From Catajapyx aquilonaris (lineage: Eukaryota): a stretch of DNA of 32,991 nt. Location of the stretch: assembly GCA_000934665.2 (NCBI GenBank), contig JYFJ02001034.1, positions 62,001 to 94,991 on the forward strand, in the 5' to 3' direction. A model generated the notes under the pieces. That model was not told where the DNA came from. It saw only the letters and a program-made list of their open reading frames with translations, and made no database searches. Of the stretch, positions 10,770 to 22,531 are shown in pieces (the first letter of the stretch is position 1; every line of letters starts with the position of its first letter). A program made the position numbers and the translations under genes.

Positions 10770-12359
10770 TCACGCTACCCTCGACTCGATACACTTGCAA
10801 ACCCTGTCCAAACCGTCCCGCACCACATCCAAATGAACCAGGGACGAGGCCACAACATCTCGTTTGTCGGCCACAGGCATGTTTGTAGGCAACAGCTGGC
10901 CGCCCACGCTGACCACTAGGTTGGGGTCCAGCCCTTCAGCCTTGCCTCCCTCCAACACTTCCAACTGGCGACGGGCGTCTTCGTAACAAGCGCCCAGGCT
11001 ATTCCTCAGAGGCTCCACAAACTCACTCTGGATGTCAGCCACCCAGTCCCACACACCGGATCTGTTCTGTCCGTCTCGCATCAGTAAAAACACCAAAAAA
11101 TTCAGGGTGCACACTATCTTATCGTAATTATCAAGCACATCCGCATCGTTGTCCAAGCGGCACACCTGGCTGGCTATTTGGCGCAAGGACGATCCGGAGA
11201 AGGGCTTGGACAGGGCCTGCCCAGCAAGACTTGCGGCGACCTCGTCCTTCACTTTGGTTACCAGGTAGCCATACAAACCACTGTGTTTGACCCGGCCAAA
11301 CATGCCCATCAGAATCTCCCACTTGGCCTGCGAGTCAAAGCGGGTCAGGTAGTCGCTAAGCACTCGCACTGCAAGTTTGCGGTGGTCTTCACTCTGGCAA
11401 AAGACGGCTACGGCAGCTAAGGAGTCCACAAATTGGGCATGAAACGGCCAGTTCAACACATGCGGCAGTAGGGACCGGGTTGGGACGCGGCTGAGGAAAG
11501 ACTGGGCCAGCAGCAGGCCCTTGCGGACAGCCTGGTCTTGACCCGCGTCTTTCATAAGGCATGCGGCGAACGGAATGAGAAGCTGCAGGAGATGCACGGG
11601 GCTGTACACCTGCGGGAGCGAGTCAAGGCAAACACCCTCGGCAAACACCATGTACATCACCATACCCAGAGCAGTTTGCGGCACTTTCATGTCGGTGCTT
11701 AACCGCATTCTGGGCTTGAACGAACTGGAGGGGATGCTCTCTAAGAGGCCCAGAATCAGGCTGAGGTCCATCAGCTGGCAGGTCAGTACGACCAACCGCT
11801 CCGTACACTCCCACAGCCCCTTCTTGATGTCCACATGCGCTAGAGGCTGCGCAATCCCGATGACGAATCCGGCCAGCATCCCACGGGAGAGACCGACGCC
11901 CACAAACGGCGTTACGAACTCCAGCAACGTGACGCACACGCATTGGACGTGATCAGTCCGCTTAACGTCCACAGTGGAGGCGACCACCCCGAGCGACTTG
12001 AGTGTGAAGTCCAAGGACCTGGGCACGTTGACGTGCGCCATCTTCAGGCCAGCGACGGCCACTCTGAGCCTGGGCATGTCCTGAGCGGCCCCGCTGAGCT
12101 GCTCCAGCAGTGCGGCCACGCACTCCTTGGGCTTGCAGACCGCGACCACCCTCTCCAGGCAGGCGGCGCAGAAGGGCTCCGATCCCGCCTTGTCCTCCGA
12201 GAGGAAGGTGAAGAGCGTGGGCACCACCTCCATCACGTTGTCCCTCAGGAACTGCTGGTGCGTCCCCATCAGCTCCACCGCCTTGTCCAGCTCCTCCCTG
12301 GCCATCAGCCGGTGCAGTCGGCCCATCAGGTCTTCCGGCTCCACCTCGGAATGGGCCAT
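10770..12359 (-). CDS. GLMN: Glomulin (FAP68/ALF4 family RBX1-binding cullin-RING ligase regulator), single coding exon
   Basis: 529 aa helical protein with glomulin-family motifs CKPKECVAALLEQ, LPQVYSP, VRKGLLL, HSGLYGYLVTKVK, LNFLVFLLMRD..NRSGVWD and EFVEPL. Confidence 0.85.
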   Translation of the reverse strand: MAHSEVEPEDLMGRLHRLMAREELDKAVELMGTHQQFLRDNVMEVVPTLFTFLSEDKAGSEPFCAACLERVVAVCKPKECVAALLEQLSGAAQDMPRLRVAVAGLKMAHVNVPRSLDFTLKSLGVVASTVDVKRTDHVQCVCVTLLEFVTPFVGVGLSRGMLAGFVIGIAQPLAHVDIKKGLWECTERLVVLTCQLMDLSLILGLLESIPSSSFKPRMRLSTDMKVPQTALGMVMYMVFAEGVCLDSLPQVYSPVHLLQLLIPFAACLMKDAGQDQAVRKGLLLAQSFLSRVPTRSLLPHVLNWPFHAQFVDSLAAVAVFCQSEDHRKLAVRVLSDYLTRFDSQAKWEILMGMFGRVKHSGLYGYLVTKVKDEVAASLAGQALSKPFSGSSLRQIASQVCRLDNDADVLDNYDKIVCTLNFLVFLLMRDGQNRSGVWDWVADIQSEFVEPLRNSLGACYEDARRQLEVLEGGKAEGLDPNLVVSVGGQLLPTNMPVADKRDVVASSLVHLDVVRDGLDRVCKCIESRVA

Positions 12360-12744
12360 CTTCAGCTGGTGAGCTGCACCGGTGTGTGTCGCTCACCCTG
12401 GAGCTTACAACGCCATGCCTTAATTTGCAATTAACATAATTGGGGGGCTAATTGGTAATTAATTAGTTTCTTACCCACTCTTCAGCTCCGCCTGATTAGA
12501 ACAGCAGACGATACTAACGAATCGTCGCAATTGCCACTTTTTTACATACAAAAGTGCCGGTGGTACACAGCCATCCGAACGCGCCTTTTTATCCTACTTA
12601 CACAACTAATGATTAATAAAATAAATTATTTAAATACATTCTACGTGTACTATAGTACTGTAATTATAAGTAATATAGTATGTATATAATGAAATAAATA
12701 CGAAGTGGCCACCTGAATGCGGCTTCAAAATGGCCGACGTTCCA

Positions 12745-13370
12745 GGTCTGCTGGACACTTTCGGAGGCTTTTTTCCTCCCCATTCCAGGCTCCAGGGGTC
12801 AAATGGAGGCAGGTCAGAGGTCATGTTGAGCTGAAGATGCGGCAGATTCAGTGGGCCATCCCCAACATGACCAGTCGCTGCCCGGAACAGCCTGAAGCGA
12901 GGACGACGCCTGCTGATGTCATTTGGGCGTCCTGGAGGACTGGATACTTATGGCCTGCTGCGGGTCGAGGAGGTGCCTGGAGGCATTTTGGGCGAAAAGC
13001 CCACTTGAAAGACTCAACACATTGGTTGTCGGTGTCATCAGTTTCATATTTCCATCTGACGAGCTCATGGATCCCGACAATGTCTGCACTCATACCTGTA
13101 GATGGCAACGAGCGTGTACTGGATATGCTGGATGGAGACGCTCATCGGCTGTACAGCGCCGACTACATGGACGAAACAGAGGATGCAGACAAGTGGAAAC
13201 CCTTCACCTGGCCATGGGAAAAGGTGTCCCCGATCACTTGGTGACACCGGGCTGCGTTGCGCTCATCACCCGCAACCTAATTTCGGTCACCACGTGGTGA
13301 ACGGCATGAAAGTTATAGTCGAAACAATTTCACCTCGACTCATCATAGCCTGCCGAATTGAATATCTGTG
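12745..13370 (+). mobile_element. Degenerate Helitron-type PIF1 helicase fragment (frameshifted)
   Basis: Collinear motif remnants across frames: GHFRR (cf. GDFRQ), VELKMR (cf. L..NMR), VISFIFP, NERVLDMLDG..HRLYSAD, GVPDHL..PGCVALITRNL, VVNGMKVIVETISPRLII (cf. GLPPH.L.LKVG.PVMLLRNL...LCNGTRL.V). Confidence 0.7.
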
Positions 13371-13859
13371 AAATATAAGAGGAGAAAGTGAGTACAGTTT
13401 GTGCTTAGCCAAAATGCCTGTCTACCCAGTCAAGTTTTACCATAATATTAGGCCACATGTTAATGAAATGGTAGCGGCCAATAAAGGCTTCCTTGGGGTA
13501 AACAGATAAGACAGAGTGACACCACACATGACTGATTAACTTCGGCTGGGCTGCTTTAATGAAGCGGGACTGCCTCTTAATTAAATTAGACGCGCTTTGT
13601 TTGGAGGCCACTTGACAGGGAGTGAGTTAATGAACTCCTAATGGAATTAAATTCAGAGCCAACCAGACTACTCCAATCACAAACACAGCTCGCTAATGGT
13701 CATTTGTTTCCGTGTGTTTCTGTACTTGAGCGTTAATTATTCTAGTTGAGTAATTAGTTTTTTTAGATAAATTCTGCGACTGTGATCAGACTGCGATCAG
13801 TGCTTTGTTTTAGATATTTGCAGACACATGAGTTCAAACCGACAAGGACACATCCAGCA

Positions 13860-14588
13860 ATGAGTAATGCCGCCAACAAGTCCATTAAAGATGTGCTGTT
13901 CATAGAGGTGAGTTATCGCACATTTGCTCATTCCTGGCCTGAGTAGGTAAGAACCATATGAGGGCATGTCTTTTTGCTTCATAGGTTGACAGTCAGATGC
14001 GACAGGTTAAAGAGGAGAGCGATGCGGAACCTCCAACGGATTACAGGTGGTTGTCCAGGTTGTCCAGCAAAAAGACATGCTTGCAGCCGTGCGAAAGACG
14101 GGCACTGGAGGAGCTGGCTATGAAAGCAAGTATTATTTGGTCGCAACATGGAATGTTTAAAAGCTACCTTTATATAGTTGAGCGAATTCACGATGTGCTC
14201 TCATTAAATCCAGCTTCAGCCCAGCGAATGCGTAACCTTGGTGCTGCGCTTCAGGTCACAGGCCAAAAGCCTCGGAACTCCAGCATCCCAGTTGGTTCCG
14301 CTGATGATTCAAATTGCACAGGACCTGTTCGAAGAAAGGTCCACTATGCAGATATGGAGGTGATTAATTGCGATTAGTATCATCCAATCCCTTGTTTTAT
14401 AATGGGCTTCTCTTGTCAGGCGGCTTCCCAGGATGGTTCCAAGAGCCGTGATTCGTCTTTCGGCCAATCTTTTCCACCTGCTTCCCGCTGGAATGTTTCG
14501 CCGCCAAAAGTCCTCTGCTTCAGCCGCAGTACCAGCAATTGAGCAAGGCAGAACCGCACCGTTTACAATCAGCGATAGTATTTTCTAG
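13860..14588 (+). CDS. RD3 (retinal degeneration 3)-family protein; 5' end uncertain
   Basis: Exons 13860-13907, 13985-14125, 14214-14359, 14420-14588. Spliced product IKDVLFIEVDSQMRQ...TDYRWLS...LQPCERRALEELAMK/LQPSECVTLVLRFR parallels vertebrate RD3 as recalled (LETLMMELTGQMRE...VDYSWLA...[29 protein letters not shown]). Requires a GC-AG intron at 14126-14213. The frame is open upstream to an acceptor at 13813. Confidence 0.78.
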
Positions 14589-14818
14589 GCGTAAGCACCG
14601 TCCTGTAGGTGACCAAATCCAGTCACATAATTAACACTGCTACCTCTGTCCGCATTATTATCATTAAAGCGTAATATTACACATGTAAACAATTTATGGA
14701 TTAATAACATTATGCAAAACATTTTGTTCGTAACGTTTTATTTAGATGCATATGTATTTACAAAGCCCAAGAATCAAACTTACATTTTAAAGATGTAACG
14801 TCCGTAATAGGAGCGTCC

Positions 14819-17445
14819 CTACTTTTTCTTGCGCATCCTGAGTATGAAAATAGCTCCGCCAAAGAACAGCACGAACCATACGGACAGAGAGAGAAACCCC
14901 GGCCACACATGCTGGTTATCAGGCATGCTTTTCCTTAGAAACAACCTTTTGAAAGCCTCGCAACCCCAGGTTGTTGGTGCGAGGTAGCACAGCTGCCTGA
15001 ACCACTCGTAATTGACGCATTCTAGGGGCCAAAGGACCCCGCTCAGAAGGAGACACGGGTACACTATGCAGAAGTTAGCCTGGCTCAGGGTGGCAAAGCC
15101 TGTGATTATAGTCGAGACCAGCAGTCCCGAGGCCACTCCAGTAGCTCCCTGGACACTGGCTATTGCCACCATCCAGGCGAAGGAAGTGTCGAGGGGGACG
15201 TGGATGAAGCAACCCATGATGAACATCATGGTGGCCATGGTGTAGGTCGTCATGAACAGCTGAGTGATGAGTTGCGCCAGGAGAATCTCAATGTCTGTCA
15301 CACCTGCGTAGACGGCTTTAGAATACTGACCGATGCGGGTATTACAAGGTGCAACCGTACCTGCTGCTGCAACTCTCGAGAGCATTCCGTCCTGCCTTTC
15401 AATAAGGATCAACGCAGCCGCCGCAAACATTGTCACGCTGAACAGTGCGCTGTGGATAATTCAGTGTGCATTATCACGTCGGATAAGAAAGTGACGTCCG
15501 ATGGTACGTACTTCATAAACACTCCGGACGCCAGATACTCTTTATACTCCGCATCACTGCGGCCCACGACTGGCTTTCCAAATTCAATAGGTGCTTGTGC
15601 CACTCCGTCTTTATACTCGCATATGTGCGAGAGAGACTTCAAGAAGTCGTAAAAGCGCTCTGTCATCTGTTCGTAGAGTTTCATTCCAATAACGTAGTCT
15701 GCATTTGGACAAGAGCTTTAATTAACATACCGCTACTAATTATACTTTTAAGCGGTGTTGGCTGCATGAGTTGCTCGGAAGACTATAGTAAAAAAATGAC
15801 TTACTGGACATGTCCATCCTGACTTCAATCAGCGTATTTTCAAGTGAAATGTCATCCACGTTCATTCCTTCCAACAGACGGTTCCCCAAACCATCGGAAA
15901 AGTTTCTGTGGAACGAGAGGTACCCCCAAGCATGTCCATCCTTGACTGCTTGTAAGGCCGACTCTTCATTTCCAAAAGGAACCTGTACGTAAAGTTGACA
16001 CATTTAATATGATCTTTTTTACAGGTAGGTTAAATCTGAAATGTTGCGATGGAGCTCTTACTAAGGTGATCGTCTCGCCTCGTAAACTTTCCAGGTACCT
16101 GCAACTGAGGTTCAGAAAAAGGCAATCACCGTATGGCGCACACAGTGGTTCATGTGGCCACTCGTGATTAACCACTCCGAGGTTAAGCGATCGAGGGTTT
16201 GATCCGACTATTAAGGAGTAGAGAAACATAACGAATGGTCCGATATTCATTATAACCAGGGTTGTCCTGAAATATTAATTGAAGGCCGTTATTAATATAT
16301 ATTATTATGTATTATTATTATATATTATATTAATAACATTGCTCATTACAGAACTTTCAGTTGTACCTACATGTAATCATGTCTCATCCGAATAACATTT
16401 TTCCAGAGAATGGCACGAATATGTTGTGTCGTCGTAGACTGCTGATGTGACTTCTCCACGACTGGCTGCAACTCCGGGCTACTTATCTGCGCTTGATTGA
16501 CCTCTACCGGAGCTACTTCGCTACCATTAATGCTTCTCTTTAACTCCTGGTCTTTAATGCAGAGAGCCAGAAACACATCCTCCAGTTTAGCTGCCTGGTA
16601 ACGGCGAAGAAGAATCCCTGGTTGCTCCTCGGCCAGTATGCGTCCACTCCGCATCATCCCCACGATATGTGCTTGACGAGCTTCTTCGATGTAATGAGTA
16701 GTAACGATTATGGTCGTGTTAAAATCTTTGGTCAGCTCCCGCAAGTGATCCCAAATTCTGAAAATGTTCCTTTTAGTTGTGATCCTTCATAGTACGGTGG
16801 TACTCACATTTGACGCAGCAGTGAATCAACGCCTACTGTCGGCTCATCCAAAATCAACAACTTGGGTTGATGCAGAAGAGCAATTGCGAAGGACACCCGC
16901 TTTTGCTGACCTCCGCTGTGAACCAGATCGCATTGTAAGAACCTGCGTGTCGACCGACATACCGCAACGAACCTGAGCGTGTGGATGAACCTATGCCGAT
17001 GCGGTAGCTGCAAGAACTTGATCAGCGTGGCCATCCTCATCTCCATATCATCCGTCGACATACCGTAGATCCGTGCAAAGTACGACACCATCTCGTGTAT
17101 GGTCAAATGTGCAAACAAGCCCTTCTCTTGCGGCATGTACCCCAGCAGCATACCAGGCACACCGCACCCATCATTGGGCTTCCGACCAAACACATGGATC
17201 TCGCCTGATGTCAGCCGCTGACGACCAATAGCACAGGACAACGCCGTTGTCTTACCGCAACCGCTGGCACCCAACAACGCATATCTGAAAGGGCATCAGT
17301 TGCACTCCGCCGTACCAACCCGGATAGGTACTTACATCGTCCCACATTGGACCGTCATCTGGAAGTTGTGCAGTACGGCCATGGATCCGTATGACTTGAA
17401 TGCATTTTTGAACGCAACCGCTGGTATGTCGGTCTGCGGTGCCAT
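14819..17445 (-). CDS. ABC half-transporter, NBD-TMD order, ABC-H subfamily type (often annotated ABCG20/23-like), ~9 coding exons
   Basis: Walker A GASGCGKT, GYMPQE Q-loop, signature LSGGQQKRVS (split by an intron), Walker B LLILDEPTVGVD, TTHYIEEA, then an ABC2 membrane domain (IERQDGMLSR, LLSGVLWPLE). Start MAPQTD at 17445; an in-frame upstream exon (~17571-17702) is possible. Confidence 0.9.
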
Positions 17446-17865
17446 GTCGATGCAACTGAAATTAACTCTTCCTTACGACCGCATTGTAAAATGTAATTAT
17501 GTTGTAAAATATTATATTGTACTAATTTTTTTCCTTATTCGGCCCTAATGTTAATTATTCCTACAGCTTACCATAGATGACCTCCTCGCAGTGTGTTGAC
17601 GGAAAGAAAGTGAAGATTTTCTCTTCTTGGCCTTCCATCAACCCCACCCATGAAGACCACACCTTCCAAGGTCAACACATTCCTCTTCAGCAAGGTACTC
17701 ATCGCATATTCATCACTCACTGTTGACACAATCATGCCTTGAGCAATGTTAAATTAATGCGCCTGTCTCATTACAATTGACAAATGATATTGCGTCAGGT
17801 GTTGACATACCGGTACTGCGCAACTGTGTGGACATTTTTTATTTAAAGTGCAAAAAGTACAATAG

Positions 17866-19071
17866 TTAATGTTCTGCTCCTTTGAACTGTGCTGCGACGA
17901 CCAGATAACCGGTGACAGCACCTGAAATCTGAACATATCAGTTGACATACCGGTACACTACAATAATGTATAGACGTACCGATGTGAGCAGACCACGGTT
18001 GATGTTAAAGAAGTTGGCTGCGGTGATCTGCACGGGACAGCTCATCTGCCATACCATGGACTCGACCTGCAGTTGACACTCATCTGGTGACATGTTCAGC
18101 GAACGTATCCGGATCAGGTCCTTTAGAGATGTCCTAGCCTGCTTCGGTATTTCGCCTAAAAGTACGGTGAACCATGCGACCGATGCAGCGATGCTCCCCA
18201 GTATGACCAGAGACAACGATGTGAACATGAAGATATCATCATCAAAACCGGTCAGAATCACATACAACGCCGTACCGGTGATCCATACCAGAAAGATCAA
18301 GTACAGAAGAACCATAGGTACGCCGTAGACATCCGAAATGTTGTCAGCCAAATCGAAGCAACGGTACAGTTTGTCTGACAATTCGTGTAGTTGTACAGCA
18401 GCTCGTCGTCTGTCCTTCACATTGCGACGGATATTCAGACAGGCGATGGAGATGTCACCGTTGACCTCCTGCATTGTCAACCCGAGTGTGTAGCTCAAGA
18501 AGGCGATTTGTATCGGCAGGGCGTACAGGAGCACAGCAGAGTGGCAGATACCCAGCATGTACAACACACATAGCCAACTGCATGTGTCGTGCATGTAGAA
18601 ATGTGCGTTTGCAGCACAGTTCAGTACGTTCAGTACAATCATGTACGTCAAACCAACGGTCAACCCAACGGACAGTTTGGTCAGCCTGGATACGTCGATG
18701 GACCCGCTGATGTTGGACAATGCGGTGATCAGCCGGGACACTCTGTCGCTTCTGGTCTGCATGACTGCGAACATGCACCACGGTACGTAGGAGACCGACA
18801 CGTGCAGGAACATGTATGTCAGCATCTCAGTTGACCCCCAGGACAACAGGTGTGTCCACTGAGGCGGCGATTTAATGCTGAACATCACCACGTAGGTCAA
18901 CACCAGTGCGGTATGGACCAGCACCGGACAGTGCCGGTACCACCGTACTCCTGGACGGAAATACCCTCCAAGAAGACTGATTATTGCAACTGGACGAAAC
19001 GCTGTCCAGAATGCATTGTTGTCAATCCATGTCTGTTGCTTCGGTATGGCTGGTCGGTGCATGGTACTCAT
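17866..19071 (-). CDS. Gustatory receptor GR-b, 2 exons
   Basis: Exon 1 19071-17980 runs uninterrupted to VQITAANFFNINRGLLTS. Intron 17929-17979. Last exon ISGAVTGYLVVAAQFKGAEH*. Confidence 0.9.
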
Positions 19072-19243
19072 TGTCGTTGTACACCCCACACTGTTTCATG
19101 TATTGTGCAGACGTACTGGGGAGTGGTCTGAATCTAAACTATTGCGTAACTATTGTATAAAATGATCGATAGGGCGGTGCTATGTACGGCGAGCAAACAC
19201 AAACAGTAGAAAAGACTATATTAAAATGTCCGTACATATGTCA

Positions 19244-20711
19244 TCACAGTGACAGCTTCGTCGATGCCCCACTTTCCGATCCTTTGAATTGTGCCAGGAC
19301 AATCAGATACGTCGTCACGGTACCTGCAACCTTTAAAAAAAACAGGTACAATATAAACCATACGAAGTGCAAACAACGGAAGGACTTTCATATAGAGAGA
19401 CCGAATTTGGTATGGGTACGCTGCACCAACCCATGACCTAACTTTCCTTCCCGGCGGATACACTCTCTTTCAGCGGATACACGCATAACATTCAGCGGAT
19501 ACACCCGTATCTTCAGCGGATACACGCCCAGGAAAGTCGGTAAAAGTGCGAGGTCTCCCTATATGAAAGCTTAGCCCAAAAGAACAAGACCTTACCGATG
19601 TCAGGAGTCCACGATTGATGCTGAAGAAGTTGGCTGCTGTGATCTGTACAGGACAACTCATCTTCTGTATGAGTGTTTCGACCTGTGTAATACCATTTGT
19701 ACCAGTTAGTAAATATGTTTACAGATTCGTACTTATTGTGCCGCGTACCTGCATATGACAAGTGGGGCCCATCGTGATGCTGATGGGACGAACATTCAGC
19801 AGGTCCTTCAACGACGTACCAGCCTTTTGGGGTATTTCGCCCAGAAGGACTGTAAAGGCAGCTATTGACGTACCAGCACATGTGACAACAACTAGAGCAA
19901 CTGCAGAGTAGTATGACCCTGTTGCTGACCAAAATCCGCCGGCGACGATCAGGTAGAAAATGACGCTGGTGATCCATACCAGTGTGCTGAGGTACATCAG
20001 GAGCATGGGTGTACCGTACACACTTGAGATGTCATCCACCAAATTGTAGCACACCGTCAGTCTGTCCGACAGCTGCTGAAGGTCTGAACGCACACATCGG
20101 ACATTACTGACACCACTACGAAGTTTCTTGCAGGTACCGGATATCTGTCTGTTGACATCCTCCATGACGCGACACAGTGTCACTGACATGAACGCAAGTT
20201 GGGTCGGAAACGTGGACAGAACGAACGAGCTGTGGAAGTACGCCATGATGAACAGTACACACGACGGATCACTAAGTGTCCCCAAAATGTGTCCGTTGAA
20301 AATAGCTCTGGACAATGTCAGAAGTGACAGCAGGACACACACACTCACGATGGACACAGACGGCATTGTCTTCAGATCGGACTCCCTGGTGATGACAGAC
20401 ATTGCTTGGATGACCTGCCATACCTGTCCGCTTCTAATCTGCATCAGGACAAATATGAGCCAAGGTCCGATCATGATTGCGACGTACAAGAACGTGTAGG
20501 TCACACGCTCTGTCGACCCCATCACGGACAGCGCATGACCTTGAGGAGGTGTACGGACGCTGAAGACAACGACATACGTCAGCAACAACACGACATGAAC
20601 AGCCACCGGACACCTTTGACACTTTCCAGGATACCGAAGATGTCCTCCTAATACACTCAGGATCGCAACAGGACGAAACACTCGCCAGAAGTGGTCATCA
20701 TCAGTGGACAT
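19244..20711 (-). CDS. Gustatory receptor GR-c, 3 exons
   Basis: Exons 20711-19749, 19682-19596, 19330-19244. Motifs FWRVFRPVA, DISSVYGTP, VQITAANFFSINRGLLTS and VAGTVTTYLIVLAQF. Confidence 0.9.
19385..19569. mobile_element. MITE-like foldback element in the last intron of GR-c
   Basis: Terminal inverted repeats ctttcatatagagagacc (19385-19402) and ggtctccctatatgaaag (19552-19569), 17/18 match. Inner IR actttcct/aggaaagt encloses 4 copies of (ttca)gcggatacac. Confidence 0.7.
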
Positions 20712-20888
20712 TCTGACAGTGTCCTTCTACATGGACACGTCGTACGCCTTTTTTGACTGATGAGGACACTAAGTACAGTCCCAGCAGAGCAATACCGCAC
20801 GCAACATAATCCATACTGTGAACAACTAATCTTGAGAAGTGCGCGTGCATCTTTGTCACAATCAGGACAGCTGTCGTACTGATGCTAA

Positions 20889-22531
20889 ATGGTACCACCC
20901 CAGAAATCGATGGTGTATCGTACATGTCGAGTACGTAAGTGGTACTCGAGTGCTGGGTGTGGTCTCAGTATGTTTCGGAGATTCAGCGTGGCAATGCGGT
21001 GTCCAACGAGATCACACGCTGTGGTACGCGGTACCTTCTGGTCATTTCGTCCTCTGGCTGTTGTGTCTGCTGTGGCTGGTCTGTTCCCGTGGACCACACG
21101 ACCTGATGCCAACATGCGGTACAGACGATGGACACCCGCTTTTTACGCCATAATGTGGATCGTGGTGGCTACCACAGTTGCACTGGACGTACCGGTACAA
21201 ATGTACGACTTCCTCCAGTTCTCATCGACAGCACACTACACCATGATGTTCCACTACGTTGCGACGCAACTGCTGCCGTTCATCAACTTCTGGGTGATGG
21301 TCACCTGCAGCAAACGGATCTTCGCACTACTGACACGTCTGAACAAACTGTGCATCGGCGACTACCATCAGAAACTTCGTTGTCTCTGTTGGAAGATGCT
21401 GGGGTACATTCTCCTTGATGCTGTTTGGTACGTGCTGATCGTGGCCTGCCAGGGACAACTGCGTCTCAGCAACTTTGCAATGTCCTTATCCATCTTCTAC
21501 AACATCGTGGTCCGATGCATCGTGCCGGGTCAGGTCATCTTCTTCGGGTACGCACTAGAGGAAGGGATGGACCGGGTGACCAGGGTCATAAAAGCAGCAT
21601 GCGACAACGCAGGAGACACATTCTGTCGGAGCACACGCAAGTCATCCATACCTGACTTCTCCGTACCAGGCGACACATACATGCGACTATGCCAGATGAC
21701 CGAAGACGTCAGTCGTGTGTACCGTTGGCCTCTGACCCTCACCTATGTCTCGTACATTCTGGAGTTCGTCACCTCCTCCTTCTTCGCCTGCTTCTTCTGG
21801 GGTGAACTCAACACCGGTATGGTCATCTTCGGTATTGTCCACACAACAGGGCGTGTCCTGGTCTTCTACAGCTGTACCTGCCTGATTGGAGAGCTCCCAA
21901 TTAAAGTAAGTGCATTGTATATACTTCATTAAGTATATGCGACATGGTGTCGTTGCAGGCCACCAAATCCCTCAACAACCTGCTGAGAGTACGACCTATT
22001 GACCTCAGCCCAGAGGGTCAAGCGCAGGTCAGTACCTCTGCCAAGTAACCCAGGTAGCACGAAAAGTTGGGCCAACATGGCCCAATATCTTGAATCTTGG
22101 GCAATATTGGCCTATCTATAGCCAGTCTGAAGCCGATATTGGGCCGATATTGGGCAGATATTGGCAGCAAATCTATTGCCATTCATGCTCTAAGGTACAC
22201 AGATACCGGTACTGAAATCCAGCTGAAGCCCGTTGTACCTTATAGTATCAAGTGACCCCCACCTATGCCCTTTGACCTCCAGTTGTAACATTTCTGGTCA
22301 GGTTCAGGCGCTTATCCAGAAAATGAGTGGCCAACCAGTACAGATCACTGCGGGCAACTTCTTCCCAATCAACCGTGGTCTGCTGACCTCAGTAAGTTCG
22401 GGTCAAATTGGGAGGTCAAATTGACTGATTGCAGTTTGCAGATTGCAGGGTCGGTGACCACATACCTGGTGGTGTTGGCGCAGTTCAAAGGAGCTGAAAA
22501 CGGAGGTCAGCAAGGAACAAAAGGCGGATGA
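20889..22531 (+). CDS. Gustatory receptor GR-d, 4 exons (start could be a downstream ATG)
   Basis: Exons 20889-21905, 21959-22027, 22302-22391, 22442-22531. Motifs FWSFRPLA, DVSRVYRWP, VQITAGNFFPINRGLLTS and IAGSVTTYLVVLAQF. Confidence 0.9.
22047..22170. repeat. Probable truncated DNA-transposon/MITE end with gccgatattgg-type subterminal repeats, in intron 2 of GR-d
   Basis: acccaggtagcac followed by repeated and inverted gcccaatat / gatattggg units. The host intron is 274 nt, against ~55-65 nt in the paralogs. Confidence 0.45.

Noticed and set aside
13997..14377. 126 aa single-exon ORF as listed in the ORF track
   Set aside because: Only its first part is in the RD3-like frame; the rest is intron and the wrong frame.
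16290..16345. AT-rich attattat low-complexity run
   Set aside because: Ordinary intronic simple sequence in the ABC gene.
19454..19526. gcggatacac repeats with variable spacers resembling a mini-CRISPR
   Set aside because: Repeats of 10-14 bp and spacers of ~7-8 bp are far too short, they lie in a eukaryotic intron within inverted repeats, and there are no cas genes.
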